A stretch of 64,000 bases of DNA from Balanoglossus misakiensis (lineage: Eukaryota > Animalia > Hemichordata). The translations under genes and the position numbers were made by a program. The stretch is taken from the NCBI GenBank assembly GCA_040954595.2, contig CM082583.2:4393374-4457373 (forward strand), given 5' to 3'. Shown here in pieces: positions 32,741 to 55,967 of this stretch (position 1 is its first letter; every line of letters begins with the position of its first letter). A model generated the notes under the pieces. The model made no database searches. It worked only from the letters and a program-made list of their open reading frames with translations, and was not told where the DNA came from.

Positions 32741-34682
32741 GTAACGCACATGAAAACTTCATGTGATGTTGTTGTAAATAACTAAGGGTTTGTGTGAGAG
32801 TTGGAGGTGCTTTTCTTAAGAAATAAATATTTGATTTACAAGATGTCGGCGAAAGCGTGGAACATTTGATGGAGTATTTATAAATGTAGGCATCATGACG
32901 TTTCTCGTTTGTGAATTTATTGAGTTTTGTGGAATTTTGTACATGTTGAATTTAATACTGTAGTACTCAGCAATTAGTTTCAAAGACACCATATGCCATG
33001 TTTTCACTGTTGGACTCTGAATTTAATACAGGATGCTATGGTCGGTTCACGTTTTCAGTAATAATGCTACAGGTATTTTACCTAGCAAACAGATTATGCA
33101 CACCTGGATGGGATCTTCAGTGAATTGCATAATGATATCGCAGGCCCGTCAAGGGTTGTACAAGTTCATGAATGTATATTTTGTTGGGATCATGCATATC
33201 TGTGTTCTGTTTGCTGTTTTGTAAACACACAGGTATGTGTGGAGCCAAATACCATTGTCTTTTTTTTATTTTTAAGAACCTAAACTTGTGAACTCAAGTT
33301 AATGGTCAGTCTTGGTACCAGTACTATACAGGATCCTGATCCATTTATTGATATTTATTTATTCTTGAAAGTGTGACAAAATAAAACAAATTACATGTAT
33401 TTTGATTAACATACTTATGTAAGTTACTTGCTCCAATCTACCAGTATTCTCAGAAATAAACAGGGTTTGTGAATCAATTTGGACTTCCCATCCTATAGTA
33501 CATCACAGGGTATATTAGTCTATTTAACACTGTGTGCATCTTTTCTGCAGTAATGTAATCTGAACATACGATGAGCAACAGCAGTATACGAACCAAATAC
33601 TACATCAAATGCTCCATAGTTTCCACTGAGAACACAACTCAATATTGAGCGTTTCATTGTAAGTTTTTAATATGAAATTGAATGTATTGCAATTCAGACA
33701 GATTGTAGGTTTTTAGATCAAATGTAAGTTACTAGTGTTTGTAACTTTGTAAGATAGCATTGAAATCCGAAGAGTTTTGTTAGTTTCTAAACAAATATTG
33801 TTACATTCTAGAATACTGTTCATATCAGCATTACATTATTATAAAACGAAAGCAGTGTGTACTTATTCATTTTTGTCGTGTGTGATGGAAACACTACGAG
33901 GGTTTATCTGTTCTTTGGCAGATGGGAAACTTTCTCATTTATCAGATTACATCCTACTGCTGTCATTGTAGAGTTATATTTATTAGTTTTATTTATTAAA
34001 CAACGCACAAATTGCACACCTGCAATTCCTACAGTGTACATGTACATGTAGACCGGGGGCGCAGTGTTTCCGGTTTATGTTCTGCGCGTACATCCTTAAG
34101 TTAAAACTGACAGTTTTTCCCACACTGATCATTGTTTTAGAATGCAACACCAGACACTGACTCCATTTAAGCCATGTCATGCGATGTCAGTGTCTTCTGT
34201 GTACAGTTTTGTTACCTCTGTAAGACGACAAGTTCTTCAACAACTTTGTCGTTCAATTCATTCATAACCTTATTATCAAGCAGATTCAACTGTTGACAGA
34301 TTTATGTCAATGATAAAACACCTTCAAGAAAATTAAACGTTCAATATTTTCCATCCTATAATTGACAGTGTGAGAATTGCATTATTTCACTTTGTGTAAC
34401 CGTGTAAAGACTGTACATTTGAGTATGTTTACAATGACAGTGCACAGAAAATTTCTATACTGGGCCAAACAACTGACATTTTGTCTGTAGACAATGAGAC
34501 ATGATTATCGCAACCCATCCCTTGTATTAGCACAGTCTGCTGAACTGTGACCACTCGAAGTCTGCCACTGAGTTACATAGGATGCAGTCAGGCGCCACCA
34601 TCGGCCGGTTTTAGCCATTGAATTTATTGGAGGAACGAAAACAAACGAATGGCAAGCTCACGGCGTGAGAAGCAAAGCAGAG

Positions 34683-38658
<3,976 letters not shown>

Positions 38659-38840
38659 ATTAGTCGGTTTCCATGAACTGTAGGTGAAGTATTCCATATC
38701 TGATGATGATGAATTCTTTCAAACTTATTATGGCCGTTTACATCGTTATGTTATGTTATGTTCCCTAAGGTAGACTCGCCAACTGAAAAGCCTTGATGTA
38801 CGTGGGGGACTACACGACTGTATATTCAGGGTGTAGTTAA

Positions 38841-39635
38841 GATGGGTCCCTAGGATCTTTTTGCCCGTTGCTATGGGCCTTTATAGGACATTACACCCCG
38901 ATTTGGACTTAGCCGTTTTCAGAGTCTAACAAGGGGCTGGTAACTAGTTAAAAATACGCACGATTGTGAGCGCGCGCCCCCTGACGCCATTGATATGCAA
39001 ATTAGTTAGGTCAAATTTCAAAAGCCTAAGGCTTTTTATTCCGTGACCTCAAAAACGAACTTGATACGTATTCATTAGTTGCTTGAACCAGGGAAGATCG
39101 TGACGGATTTTGTTTTCGAATATTATCGTTGTATCCTACGATTTCAGCATACCCGTACCACACCTGAAAAAGTCATCGATTTTGGGCGTTTTTGGACGCA
39201 CTCTTCCACTGGTATCGCTTCTTAGCACGACGAAAACCGAAAAAACGATCCGTCACACTATGCGGAAGTGCGTTCTCAACAAGCAGGTCAAATTTGGCTG
39301 GCCTACGTCGCCTGTGAAAAAAGCCTTAGGGATTTTCGTGAACGGTACAAAATCTCTGTGTACAAAACATTGGATTTTTAGCGTTCGATCCAGTTACTGT
39401 GGTTACAGGACGCGCACGCTATCGCTGACCGCTGCTTTGCCGTATTAGCGTGGCGGCCTATGGCCGGGCGGTAGCTGCCGTAAACATACTCAGACAGGGG
39501 GTGTGCACACAATCGTGTGTATTTTTAACTAGTTACAAGCCCCTTGTCGGACGTTCATAACGGTTTCGATCAAAATTGAGTGTAGTGTCCTATAAAGGCC
39601 CATAGCAACGAGCAAAAAGATCCTAGGGACCCATC
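38841..39635. mobile_element. 795-bp non-autonomous TTAA element with about 140-bp imperfect TIRs (Kolobok-like GA..TC termini)
   Basis: ttaa|gatgggtccctaggatctttttgcccgttgctatgggcctttataggaca ... tgtcctataaaggcccatagcaacgagcaaaaagatcctagggacccatc|ttaa. Confidence 0.92.
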
Positions 39636-40507
39636 TTAAGTGGGTGAATTCATACCAGAATAAGTGTATGGAGTTCTGGTTGTGTAAATGCTTGTCGGCT
39701 ATTGCTGTCTCTTAGTCAAATGATTGGGTTTTCATCATGGAAAATAGTCTGCAATGGAATTTACCCAAAAGAGAACTGCACTCACTTGACAACAAAACCC
39801 ACACTTCCACAGGATTTTTCTTCTGACGAGAATGAAATATCAGCTGTACCCCTTAGGTCATGACTTGTCTACACCCAGAATGGGGTGAATTCAGAAACAT
39901 TGGTAATTCTCATTGGCAGCCATGAAGACTGCTCTGGAAGATAATTCCCCATGACATTACATACAAACAATGTCTGTACTTGGCAACCCGTTCTTGTCTT
40001 AAGCTTTTCCACACCCATTTTCCTCTGTAGAGGTCCAACCTTACCATAAAGATTAAGAACTTTGGATTTTGACCAAACCAATGTTGCATATTGGTTAAAG
40101 TTGTTCACTTTTGATATAATTTTGGTTATTTTAGTTTCTTTTCATGGATTATTCATGTTCATCCGCCTTTCTGAAATATGGTTGTTTCAACTCAACCCAC
40201 ATCCTCTATATGGGTGTGATAATATTATGAGGCACTTTTTGGTATTGGCCAAAAATTAAGTGTTGGAAATATCCTTGTATAGTAGCTATGTACTAGGATG
40301 TGAGTTGAGCTCTGACAACTGTCTGGTCATTGAGCACATCTGAGTCAGCTGATCAATATTATTGATTGAAGGAAACTAAAATAGCCGATGACATGTGGAG
40401 AATGAGTAACTTTTTCCCTTTGAGTCACAGGAAATTTATCGATTTTCAGTAGGTTATATGTCGGTAACATTTCACAGAATATTTTGTATTTGCAAACTTT
40501 GTGTCTC

Positions 40508-40513
40508 AATAAA
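40508..40513 (+). terminator. Candidate PSMA4 polyadenylation signal
   Basis: First AATAAA seen after the PSMA4 stop, followed by a GT-rich tract (tctgtgtgtcggttgtt). Confidence 0.5.
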
Positions 40514-40733
40514 CAGAGATGAAATTACATCACAGTCTGTGTGTCGGTTGTTACGGATATGGAAAGGAGTTCTTTTTCGTGATGTTGCACTGAGAGTGTT
40601 TATAGATGAAGAATATATGTACTCATTGCAAAGTTTGGGAAACAGGCCATGCCACTTTTGTATTTCCTACATCATGCATCATGGACTAAAGTTATTAGAA
40701 CCTCTCTACAAGGAAGGTGTCGGTTCACTTTAA

Positions 40734-43700
40734 AGTGGTTTAAAGTCCTCAACTGAACCGGGCTTTATGAAAAACGAGTGATTTGTGTCGTTTTTATTCA
40801 CTTTCACTTATCGCGTAGTAGCAGCGTAGCGTCGATCTCGATATGCGGAAGTGACGTAAGAGACTACGCTAAGCTAGTCAGCCGCGCGAAGGAGTCTGGG
40901 TAACCGAGACTAGTCACCAGTAGCAGACGCCACCGTGCGCGCGCACACGTACACAGAGAGTTGACATGGCTGGCTGCCTTGCAAGCGGGTGCAAACACAG
41001 AGTTGGCAAAAGTAAGGGAAAAAGTTTTTTCAAAGTTCCCGATCCTGGAGTTGACAGTGAAAATGCACATCGAGCTGAAAAGTGGTTGTCAAACATTGGC
41101 ATATCCTGTTCTGTTGCCGAATTTAAGTTTGGGAGGAACAAGGTGGTATGTGAAGACCATTTTGAAAAGTCCTGTCTCCAGCGAGATTTGAAAGCCGAAC
41201 TTCTTGGGTATATCCCAAAGCGAAAGATGCTGGTAGCCGGGTCCGTACCAACATTGGTGTTGACAACTGAAGGAAAGGTGAGTGAAATCATCCGTAATTT
41301 ACATTGAAATGTTTCGCTTTCTGCGATCAGTGTCATTTCCTTCAGTTTTTATTCGCCCTACATATTAAGCCACAAAAGGTGATGCATCTGCGTTACTGTC
41401 AAAGTTGGGCCAAGTTGTCGTATTTCTAATAAAACCTCTAATCTATTTATGAAATGCATATGTTTTAAATCGTGCATTTGATGGATGTATTTTAATATTG
41501 CATGTCGATATTTCAATTCTTGTCAAAATACCGTTCATCGCATTCAGAGCTACTCGTCGATGCACTTCGGATCCATGAGAAAATGCGGTTGTATCACATG
41601 CCATACGTCAACGCGTCGTACAATGCATCTCGTATTTCGTAAAAAAAATAATTATAGAATATTGGAAATGTCCTTTCCTTCATTAGGCCACGTATGTAGT
41701 GACATTTTTTTTATTTCGTTGGTTGAGATGGATGTCACTTTTGCTTCGGAAATTTTCGTGTTCAACTAGGTCCTATATCGTGAAGCATATTGCAAAAAAA
41801 AAAAAAAAAATACACAGCAAAAATTATCGAAACAGTCGGGGCCCCTGATTTTCTTTTATCAACAGAACCATATGACGAAACCGAATTTTTGGCACTGTAA
41901 ATCAAAACTCTGATCGGAAGAAAGTAGTGTGGCGGAAATACTAGTAAACACTGTTTTTGTCGCGTACCCAAGCTGTGAATTAATCGCAAAACCATTTCCA
42001 AAGACAAAAACGACCACCTGTACCATCCGGAAGCACCACAGATATACTCGAAACATGACAATCGGAGTTTCTGCCTCCCTTTGATCAACAAAGCCGCATC
42101 TTTTCACAACTGTTGATCAACGTACATGTACTTGATTTAAAAGAAAGGATGGTAGACACGTGTGGTAGGCATTTTCGCGAGAGTGTCAATAGGTTTACTT
42201 TCTATTCTTTCGGGAAATCTCAAGGGTCCCTATTATGACATGGGTGACTAAATGTCAAAAATTATCGCATGGCTTCGTGATATGTCGCAAGTCTTTATCT
42301 TCATGTGTTTGTTTCAAATAAACACGACAACCGGTGAAATTCCAGAGAATAACATTTTTCCACTCTTTTTTGGGGGTCACACAGGCTCTACACTCCACCG
42401 ACAACTCAGAAGTAGAAAGCGAACTTCATTCAAATGGAAAACATTCCTTTCGAAAACAACATACATGTACCTGAAAGAGTGGTGTATACACGAAGTATCG
42501 AAACGCAGACAGATGCAGTGATCATTTTATCACCGGAACAACTGTCCTCGCCAGTTCAACACAAAACCAACAGTGATGCCAGTGAACCACCCCAAAAGAA
42601 GTCTAAGTACGATGCATTAAGTTTTCCATGGCCGCGTAATATACATCGTCAAACTCCATAAACCACTCCACACCGACGAAAAGTATGAACGACACACTTG
42701 ACACCTCCGAGTTTGACAGCCCTTCCAGTACACCAGCATCAAGACAACAGAATATCCAGCGTGATCCAGACTACGAACCAGGCAGCGAGGGTGAAACAGA
42801 GTCAGAATCAGAACTTGAGACTACAGACTTTATACATGAACACAAATACATCGTCTTTGAAAGTTGTCTTGATGAGCTCTGTAATCAGCTAAAATGTTCT
42901 GAGTGTAACGCACAGGTTGACGACTGTGACAAAGTGATAACCGGTTCATCTTTGTATTGTTTTAATGGCCACCTGATTTATCACTGGAGGTCACAGCCTG
43001 TGCATACCTAATGCTAGTGAAATTTAGGGGATTCGCAGGTGTTTTGCACAGTTTCTAAATGCAGCAGGTACGGAAAACATCGTTCGATGGCAGCTCTCTA
43101 AAATATACGAAGCTCTTAACATGTCAAGAAAGACCTTTTTGCTGCTGAAAACACTAACGGATTACGGCCATATACTTCTCGCGTAAAGTTTACATGTTCA
43201 AATGCGTGTCTTGAATTGTGGTCAAGTCACGTGCGAACATTTAGACATTGGTTTTGGTGCACTGTAGGTCCTTGCAGGGGTCAACCACTGGTGTGACCTT
43301 GGGTCAACCGAGCACGCGTGCACACATGTATCTGGGCTTCTGTATACATACAGCACTACTGTGTGCAGAGCGGAGTCAGCGAGTGAGGGGTATCTTGATT
43401 GACACCACGGTCCGTCATTGCGACCGGGCCCGTTCAAATAAATGTCGTGGTTATAGTCAATACACCTGGAGTCGAGGTAAAATACACCGAAGCTCCATTG
43501 CCCAATTAGATACGCAGCACATCTTTGCTGGATTGAAATTAGTTTATTTGTAGTACAAATGTGCAGATGTAAGAAAGCTATCGTTTAGGGTTCACGTGAC
43601 ATGCGCACCTGTTTTGCAAAACCACAAATGACTTCAGGTTGAAATTCGTGAAATGACAAGTCTTGGTATTAAATATCCTTCAAAACTGTGATTTGTCGTC

Positions 43701-44306
43701 TAGTCTAACGCCTTCACTAGCGTATGATAAATAAAAGCGTTTTTCTTACCTATACACATGTCCATCCTGGTCGCAAGCGATTTTTCATTATATTTTCAAC
43801 CACCAAGCTAATAGTTCTTGTTGACACCATGATACCCTCTTCTATCGACCACATTTTGCCTTCTGCGATGATATTGTCAATAGAGCCCCGGCCGCTAGGA
43901 CCAGAGATAGAGAATGATGCTTTGGGCAGCAGCTAGCCCTTCTAGAAACAATTTAACCAACTTCATGCCACCAAAAGTTGGTGAAAAAAACAACAGCAAT
44001 TAATTTTGGCCTCCGCAAAAGCAAACCTGTTTTTCTGTACAGAGACAAATAATTGATCCACTCTTAGCTGGCAACGTTCATTACGAAAATATACCAGCCC
44101 CCTTCCAAATATCAAATGGTCCATCCCTTACGTCAGCCTGTAGATCTTTGTGTATGAAGAAACCCATGATTGCCCTACGTACATACATTATTTTGTTCTG
44201 CAGTCAAACAGACTGTCATCTGATCTGATATGACCTGGCCCAGTTGACATCTGGCCTGTACCCGAATTTGCACAATAAAAAACCGGTTCAGTTGAATTAA
44301 ACCACT
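40734..44306 (+). mobile_element. Decayed Kolobok-like DNA transposon with THAP-domain transposase remnant
   Basis: Left end ttaa|agtggtttaaagtcctcaactgaaccgg; right end ccggttcagttgaattaaaccact (inverted match with a short gap). Contains a THAP exon and a Cys/His 'KYIVFESCL..C..C..C.NGH..W.SQP' segment. Confidence 0.72.
40966..43011 (+). pseudogene. THAP zinc-finger transposase pseudogene (no catalytic domain visible)
   Basis: Exon 40966-41277: THAP C2CH signature (GCLASGC, FFKVP, W, VCEDHF, VPT) ending at donor aag|gtgagt. Fragments in 42385-43011 lie in shifting frames (ETQTD, DPDYEP, KYIVFESCL...WRSQP) and stop at 43011. Confidence 0.75.
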
Positions 44307-44312
44307 GAGAAG

Positions 44313-45403
44313 ATGCCGCTGGACAAGCAAACAGCTGCGCTTGGCGCCGCTGCACTTGCTATTGGTGGTCACATGGCCTATCCATTCTGGTTCAGAGATA
44401 TTCGAGAAATACGCAAGATGAAGTCACTGAGAGAAACCGTCGAACGACATCTCGATGCCAAAATTTTCACGGTTGACCTGTTTGAACGGGCCGTCGATCG
44501 AACACCCTACAAACCGTTCATCATCTACGAGGACACAGTATATTCCTATAGCGACATCGAAACAAAGGCCAACCAGCTAGCGTCGTTTGCCCAGAGACAC
44601 GGTTTGAAGGTCGGCGATACCGTCGCACTGCTGATGCGGAATGGACCCGACTTCGTGTGGGCGAGTTTAGGATTTGCCAAATTGGGAATCAAGTGTGCGC
44701 TCATTAATTGCAATTTACGGAGTGATTCTTTGCTTCATTCTCTGGTTGTCAGTCAGACCAAAGTCCTCCTCGTCGGTACAGGTAAGAAAACTAAATTGGA
44801 CAAACGTGACAGTAATGTAAGCAAAGCGACGACAGGCTTGAAAGGCTGTCAATATTTATGTGACATACTGAGTAACTGTGACCTGGTGTCCCAACTTTGA
44901 ACCCCTACCTCTGAGATATCTACAAATGATGGCATTAGGCCCTATCATGATTATGCAGAAAAGGGGTGCAATCTGGGGCATCAACATCCTAGGTAAAAAG
45001 AACCAACTCGCCAACTCATTTGTTTGATAGAAATACACACAGTAGAGGTGCAAAATTACGTTAAATCTCAAATGAGTCCCAGAATTCTTTTTCTCGAGAA
45101 TTTTATCTGCAAAACGTGCGTGTGTTGTATCATGGACGTACCACAGACGTTCAAATGTATAATATAAACTGTTGTTCAGAGGCCGTCTGTGGCATTTTTC
45201 GAGTTGTCTGACAAGGAAAACTGATGGAGGGATAGGCCTGGTGGTTGCTTATGAGACAATTTAGATCAAAGTTTGTACATGAAGACTGTATGATATTTCG
45301 ACGAGAAATTTACCGTAAAACATTAATTTTGTGAACATGTGCATTTTAGCCATGTACCATATTGAGAGTCTCCGCGCATGGCCTGGGCATAATATATCAT
45401 TGG

Positions 45404-45434
<31 letters not shown>

Positions 45435-48400
45435 CACATGCACAGAGACGGTGACACCAGGATGAATGGCTGAATACTGACTGACTAACTTTATTCAAAT
45501 CAACCATATCAATAGGTGTTGCACAACAGGTGCGGTAATATTACTATATGCAAATACACTGTACAGGTCACTACACTACCCCCCGAACATTTTCCACCCA
45601 GACATTTCCACTATTTCTCAGAGTTAGGGAAGGGATGACGTAAATGTACAGGGGGTACCTGCCCTAGAACCGGCGCAGGAGATGTAGGTCTACATGCACT
45701 GACCAGTCCGTACTTTATCTCATCAAAACAGGTATTGATCTTTTGGAAATAGTCGATAGTATTGGTGTCAAGATAAACGACAACCAATTTGATATTTGGA
45801 GCATCGGTCATAATTCTACTCCAACGTCAGTCACAGCAATTGACGATCAGCTACTGACGTCAGAAAATATGAGACCTCCCGCACAGTTGAGAAGCGCCAT
45901 CAACGGTGATGATCCGGTGGCATATATTTTCACATCTGGAACTACTGGTAAGAATGAGCACAAAAGACTAATACAATCTACCCCCCTTTAGATATAACCA
46001 CTTGAGTATTAATATGGGTTTTGGTGGCGCTAGACGAATATTTGTTTCCATTACTTTTTAAATATATAAACTTGCAGAGCCCTTGTAGATGTACTCAACA
46101 AACCACCTTTACAATCTGTAGCTTTCAATATTCCGGAAGTCATATTTAATCAAAATGTTTAGTCTATCAAACTTAACATTTTGTGCGTTAAAATAAGAGT
46201 TGTCTCCATCAAAATTTAAGTTTGTGTTTTTTTGGGAAATTATATTGTCTTTAAAATAAAAAAAAATAACTTTTAAAATAATAAATTATTGGTGACGTGT
46301 AGGGGCCACGGTATTATTTTCTATTTAATATCTCATGTACTAGTATTTTACATAAACTCACACTTAATCGTCGATGTTTAACGGGTAAGGTCTACCGAAA
46401 GCGACGCAATACCCACACGTCCGAGCTCTCCGTGCAGCCTATAGACTTGTATCTTCCGTGGGAACCAGTGACGTTGTGTTGATCAACACGCCTCTGTACC
46501 ATGCCGTGGGCTACACCACTGCGTTGGGTTCTATAATGCGTGCAGGTAGGAAATGGCGATTGTAATCGTATGACTTTTTATTATATTTTGTTGACTTTGT
46601 CTCACAGACTGATGTGACGTTAAATGAACGAATGAATGAATGAGTGAGTGAACGAACGAATGAACGAACGAATGAATGAATGAATGAATGAATGAATGAA
46701 TGAATGAATGAATGAATGAATGAATGAATGATAACTGATTTAATAACATTTTGGAATTTTTTCATTGCTTGTTCCATGTACATGTTCCTTGTATAAGCTG
46801 ATTTCCAGCACCTTGTCTTCTTCTGACTTGCAACAAAGACAGTCGTCCAGATGATACTCTTTCCCATGAACTTCTCCTAATTATGCCAACTAAAAAACGT
46901 TTACGTACGCCCGCGCTTTATTCAAAAACAGCCACGCATTCTTATTTATAGGCGCAACGTGTGTGCTGACACAGAAGTTCTCCGTGCGCGAATTTTGGCC
47001 ACTCTGTTGCAGGCACCGTGTGACTGTGTTCTACTATGTTGGCGAATTATGCCGCTTTCTTCTAGCTGCTCCACAGGTAAGTAAAAATGCCACCCCACTT
47101 GAGACAATGAGAAAATCATCCAGGTGTAGCTAGTCTCAATTATGCGATGGGAAACATTCAAAAGAAAGCGACGACGTTGGGGAAGGAATAAGGTGATGGG
47201 ATACGGGGAAGGGATGAGAGGCAGTTATTAGGGGTATAGCGGTCAGTTGCTATTTTAAACCAGCGTCTCCACAACACTGACAATGCCAGAGCACATGTAT
47301 TATAATGTATGTATATATGTCCCTACATGGTTCAGATGTATGAATCTACACCCCCACCACCAAAACCCGTGACCGCCACCTGACTGACAGCATCCATGCC
47401 ATGCGTAACAGTTTAACAATCGGTCTGTACGTTTTCAGAGACCCGAAGATACGATGCACAATGTTCGCTGTATAATTGGTAACGGGCTGCAGGCAGACAT
47501 TTGGAGCAAGTTCCTAGAACGATTTCAAATACCCAAGATAGTAGAGTTTTACGGTGCAAGTGACAATGCTGTTTTCACCATAAATGAAGAAATTGATAAG
47601 GTTGCTGCAGTCGGATGTGTGTCACCCTTAATTAAGGTACGGTTATACAGCAAGCCATTAGTAGATACATGTATATGAACTGGATAACCTTCTCTAACCC
47701 TATAGTGTATCAACAGTGTTGTTAGTATATGGTGTCAACAGCCAATGTATTTGTTACATTAAAATGTGCATTTTAATCCACAATCAATATCATCATATAT
47801 ATAAATACTTCTGAATCATTATGTTCACCTCATTTCATTTCAGAAATACATTGGATTCGAGTTGGTAAAATTTTGCTTTGACAAAGCAGAGCCCATTCGC
47901 AATGCTAGTGGCCTGTGTATTCCGGTCAAAGTAGGTAGGTTCAACGCGAGAGTTATATTCATTGTGTATTGGCGATTTCACTATACGCTGTTAGGTGACG
48001 TGATTTGCCAGTGTATATGGATTGACAGAGACATATAGAATCGGCGTTACATAGGCACCGCAGCGCCAACCACCTATAACATTGGTTTGAATCATTTTGT
48101 TGTTGTTGTGTCAACTTAGGCGAGCCCGGTTTACTGCTTTCACCCGTGATTGCAGAAAACAACGTCTACTTAGGAAACGAAGAGGCCAACGAAAAGCGAC
48201 TTCTTCGTCACGTGTTCAAAGCTGGCGACGTTTACATCAACACTGGGGATCTGATGATGTTCAACAAGGACTACTACCTTTACTTTGTTGACAGACTTGG
48301 CGATACCTTCAGGTAAAATTGTTCACTGGTGTCATCTGACCTCATGTCTAGAATTACACAGCAGAGATACCGATTTCTACTAAATGCGAATAAGACTGAA

Positions 48401-49044
48401 ACGTGATTTCGTTCACCCGTTTTGTTTTGATGCATTTCAGATGGAGAGGTGAGAATGTAGCGACAACGGAAGTGTCTCAAGTCATAGGATCATACCCGGA
48501 TGTGAAACAAGTTATTGTATACGGTGTTAAAGTACCAGGTTTGTCAGTCTGATTATTAAATACAGCATTTTACTCAAAATAACTTGAGAAGCGCTTCCAC
48601 TGTCTGTGATGGTCCTCGGCCCTCAATAATTTGTGTCATGGCTATATTCATACTCGGGGTGCGCATGTCAACATAAATACCAACATCTCTTTGTTAACGT
48701 TTCAGTTGTGGACATGTTTTTTGCGATCCACAGGTCACAACGGTCGAGCTGGCATGGCTGCTATTGTCTGCGGAGATGATGATCGCCACATTGACTTACG
48801 ACAGCTCTACGCCCACCTGCAATCCAGGCTACCGTCCTACGCTGTTCCTAGATTTCTGAGAATCCGGGAGGCGTTGGAAACAACGGTCACGTTCAAGTAC
48901 ACCAAAACCGATCTCATGAAGGAGGGTTTCGATCCTACAGTTATCAAAGAAGCCGTTTTCATGTATGACGATAGCAAACAGACGTACTGCAGAGTTGATG
49001 AGGACGTTTACGGTAAACTCGTCCGTGGAATGTCACGTTTATGA
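44313..49044 (+). CDS. SLC27/FATP very-long-chain acyl-CoA synthetase (SLC27A2/6-like)
   Basis: Exons 44313-44781, 45732-45947, 46390-46545, 46952-47076, 47439-47636, 47844-47934, 48120-48312, 48441-48538, 48734-49044. Motifs [74 protein letters not shown]; C-terminus SRL. Confidence 0.93.
45408..45433. repeat. (GA)n microsatellite
   Basis: Direct reading. Confidence 0.85.
46622..46730. repeat. (GAAT)n microsatellite with GAAC/GAGT variants
   Basis: Direct reading. Confidence 0.92.
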
Positions 49045-49750
49045 AGTGACAGATGGCGAAATACATGTCCAGGTCTAGGTGTAACTTTCACATTAAATCT
49101 CCTTCATGCACAGAGGCTATGCGCGCTTGTTGTACAATGCCGATAGATACACAACACAACAGAACTAACCGAACACAAAGCGAAAGTTACAGCAGATGGA
49201 ACTATGAATAATAAGGGTCACCGCATAAGCTCTTGCTCAAAAAAGAGAATTACCTTACCGGTACCGTAAACCGGCAGAGGAAAGGCGAAAATCATGTCTA
49301 AAAACTGAGTGTATGTGAGTCTGTATCATCTCCTAAAATGGCGTATCCAGTTTTCTTCTGTGTTTTCAAAAAGACTCCCCAAAACACTTTCCTATAGCAA
49401 AGAATTGAAAGGTTTGAAAATATTTATGCAGAAAAGAACACAGTCACACACACTCAATCATGTTACAACGGTCAGTGACCTATATTATACACTAAAGGAA
49501 AAGATTATATCAGAATAATGTGTCGCTAAAATTTGTCTAGTTTCCATTAACATGATTACCGGTAATAATTCTCCCGTTCTGCCACTACGCTAATGACAAA
49601 GACTTGGTGTCATTCTATCCAGGGCTGTCAATGGCCAAAGCAGCTCGGAGAATTTCTTGGTAGGATTACTAGTATTCAAAAATTAGTATACTCGAAGGAC
49701 AAACGACATCTACTTATAAAATAAAACACAAACTAGCCCACATATAATTA

Positions 49751-49896
49751 AGCAATAAAACACCCCCAGCCATGGTATACCACGAGATTTTGACCAGTTC
49801 ATGACATATACGCAGTACGAGCGATAGCGAGTGCGTATATGGAGTTGAACTGGTCAAAATCGAGTGGTATACCATGGCTGGGGGTGTTTTATTGCT
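49751..49896. repeat. 146-nt foldback hairpin between the convergent FATP and CYP4 3' ends
   Basis: 33-bp perfect outer stem agcaataaaacacccccagccatggtataccac plus inner stems gattttgaccagttca and catatacgca. Confidence 0.92.
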
Positions 49897-50159
49897 ATTA
49901 TATTATGCCAGTATATTGAAACTTTGCATAAAACATTTTAAAAAGGCATTTTCTTTGACTATGATATATGACTGTGGTATATGGCTAATATATCACGGTC
50001 ACGTGTCGTGTCTCGACCAATCAAATAGCGTGATTTACACCATCAATATACATTTACTGGTATAATAATTATAATTGAAGACATTTTCACTGTTTTCACT
50101 GTAGTGATCGTCTTGAACTTGACGATTTGGGCAATTCGCTATCCACGCATGAAAACTTA

Positions 50160-55967
<5,808 letters not shown>

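Noticed and set aside
40966-41307. THAP ORF as an intact host THAP transcription factor
   Set aside because: Downstream segments are frameshifted and stop early, and the locus is bounded by TIR-like ends. Domestication of the single intact exon cannot be fully excluded without expression data.
43020-44270. Second Kolobok ORF (KolX) or DDE catalytic domain
   Set aside because: No recognisable Cys-rich KolX or DDE motifs in the ORF track or by partial manual reading; presumably deleted or too decayed.
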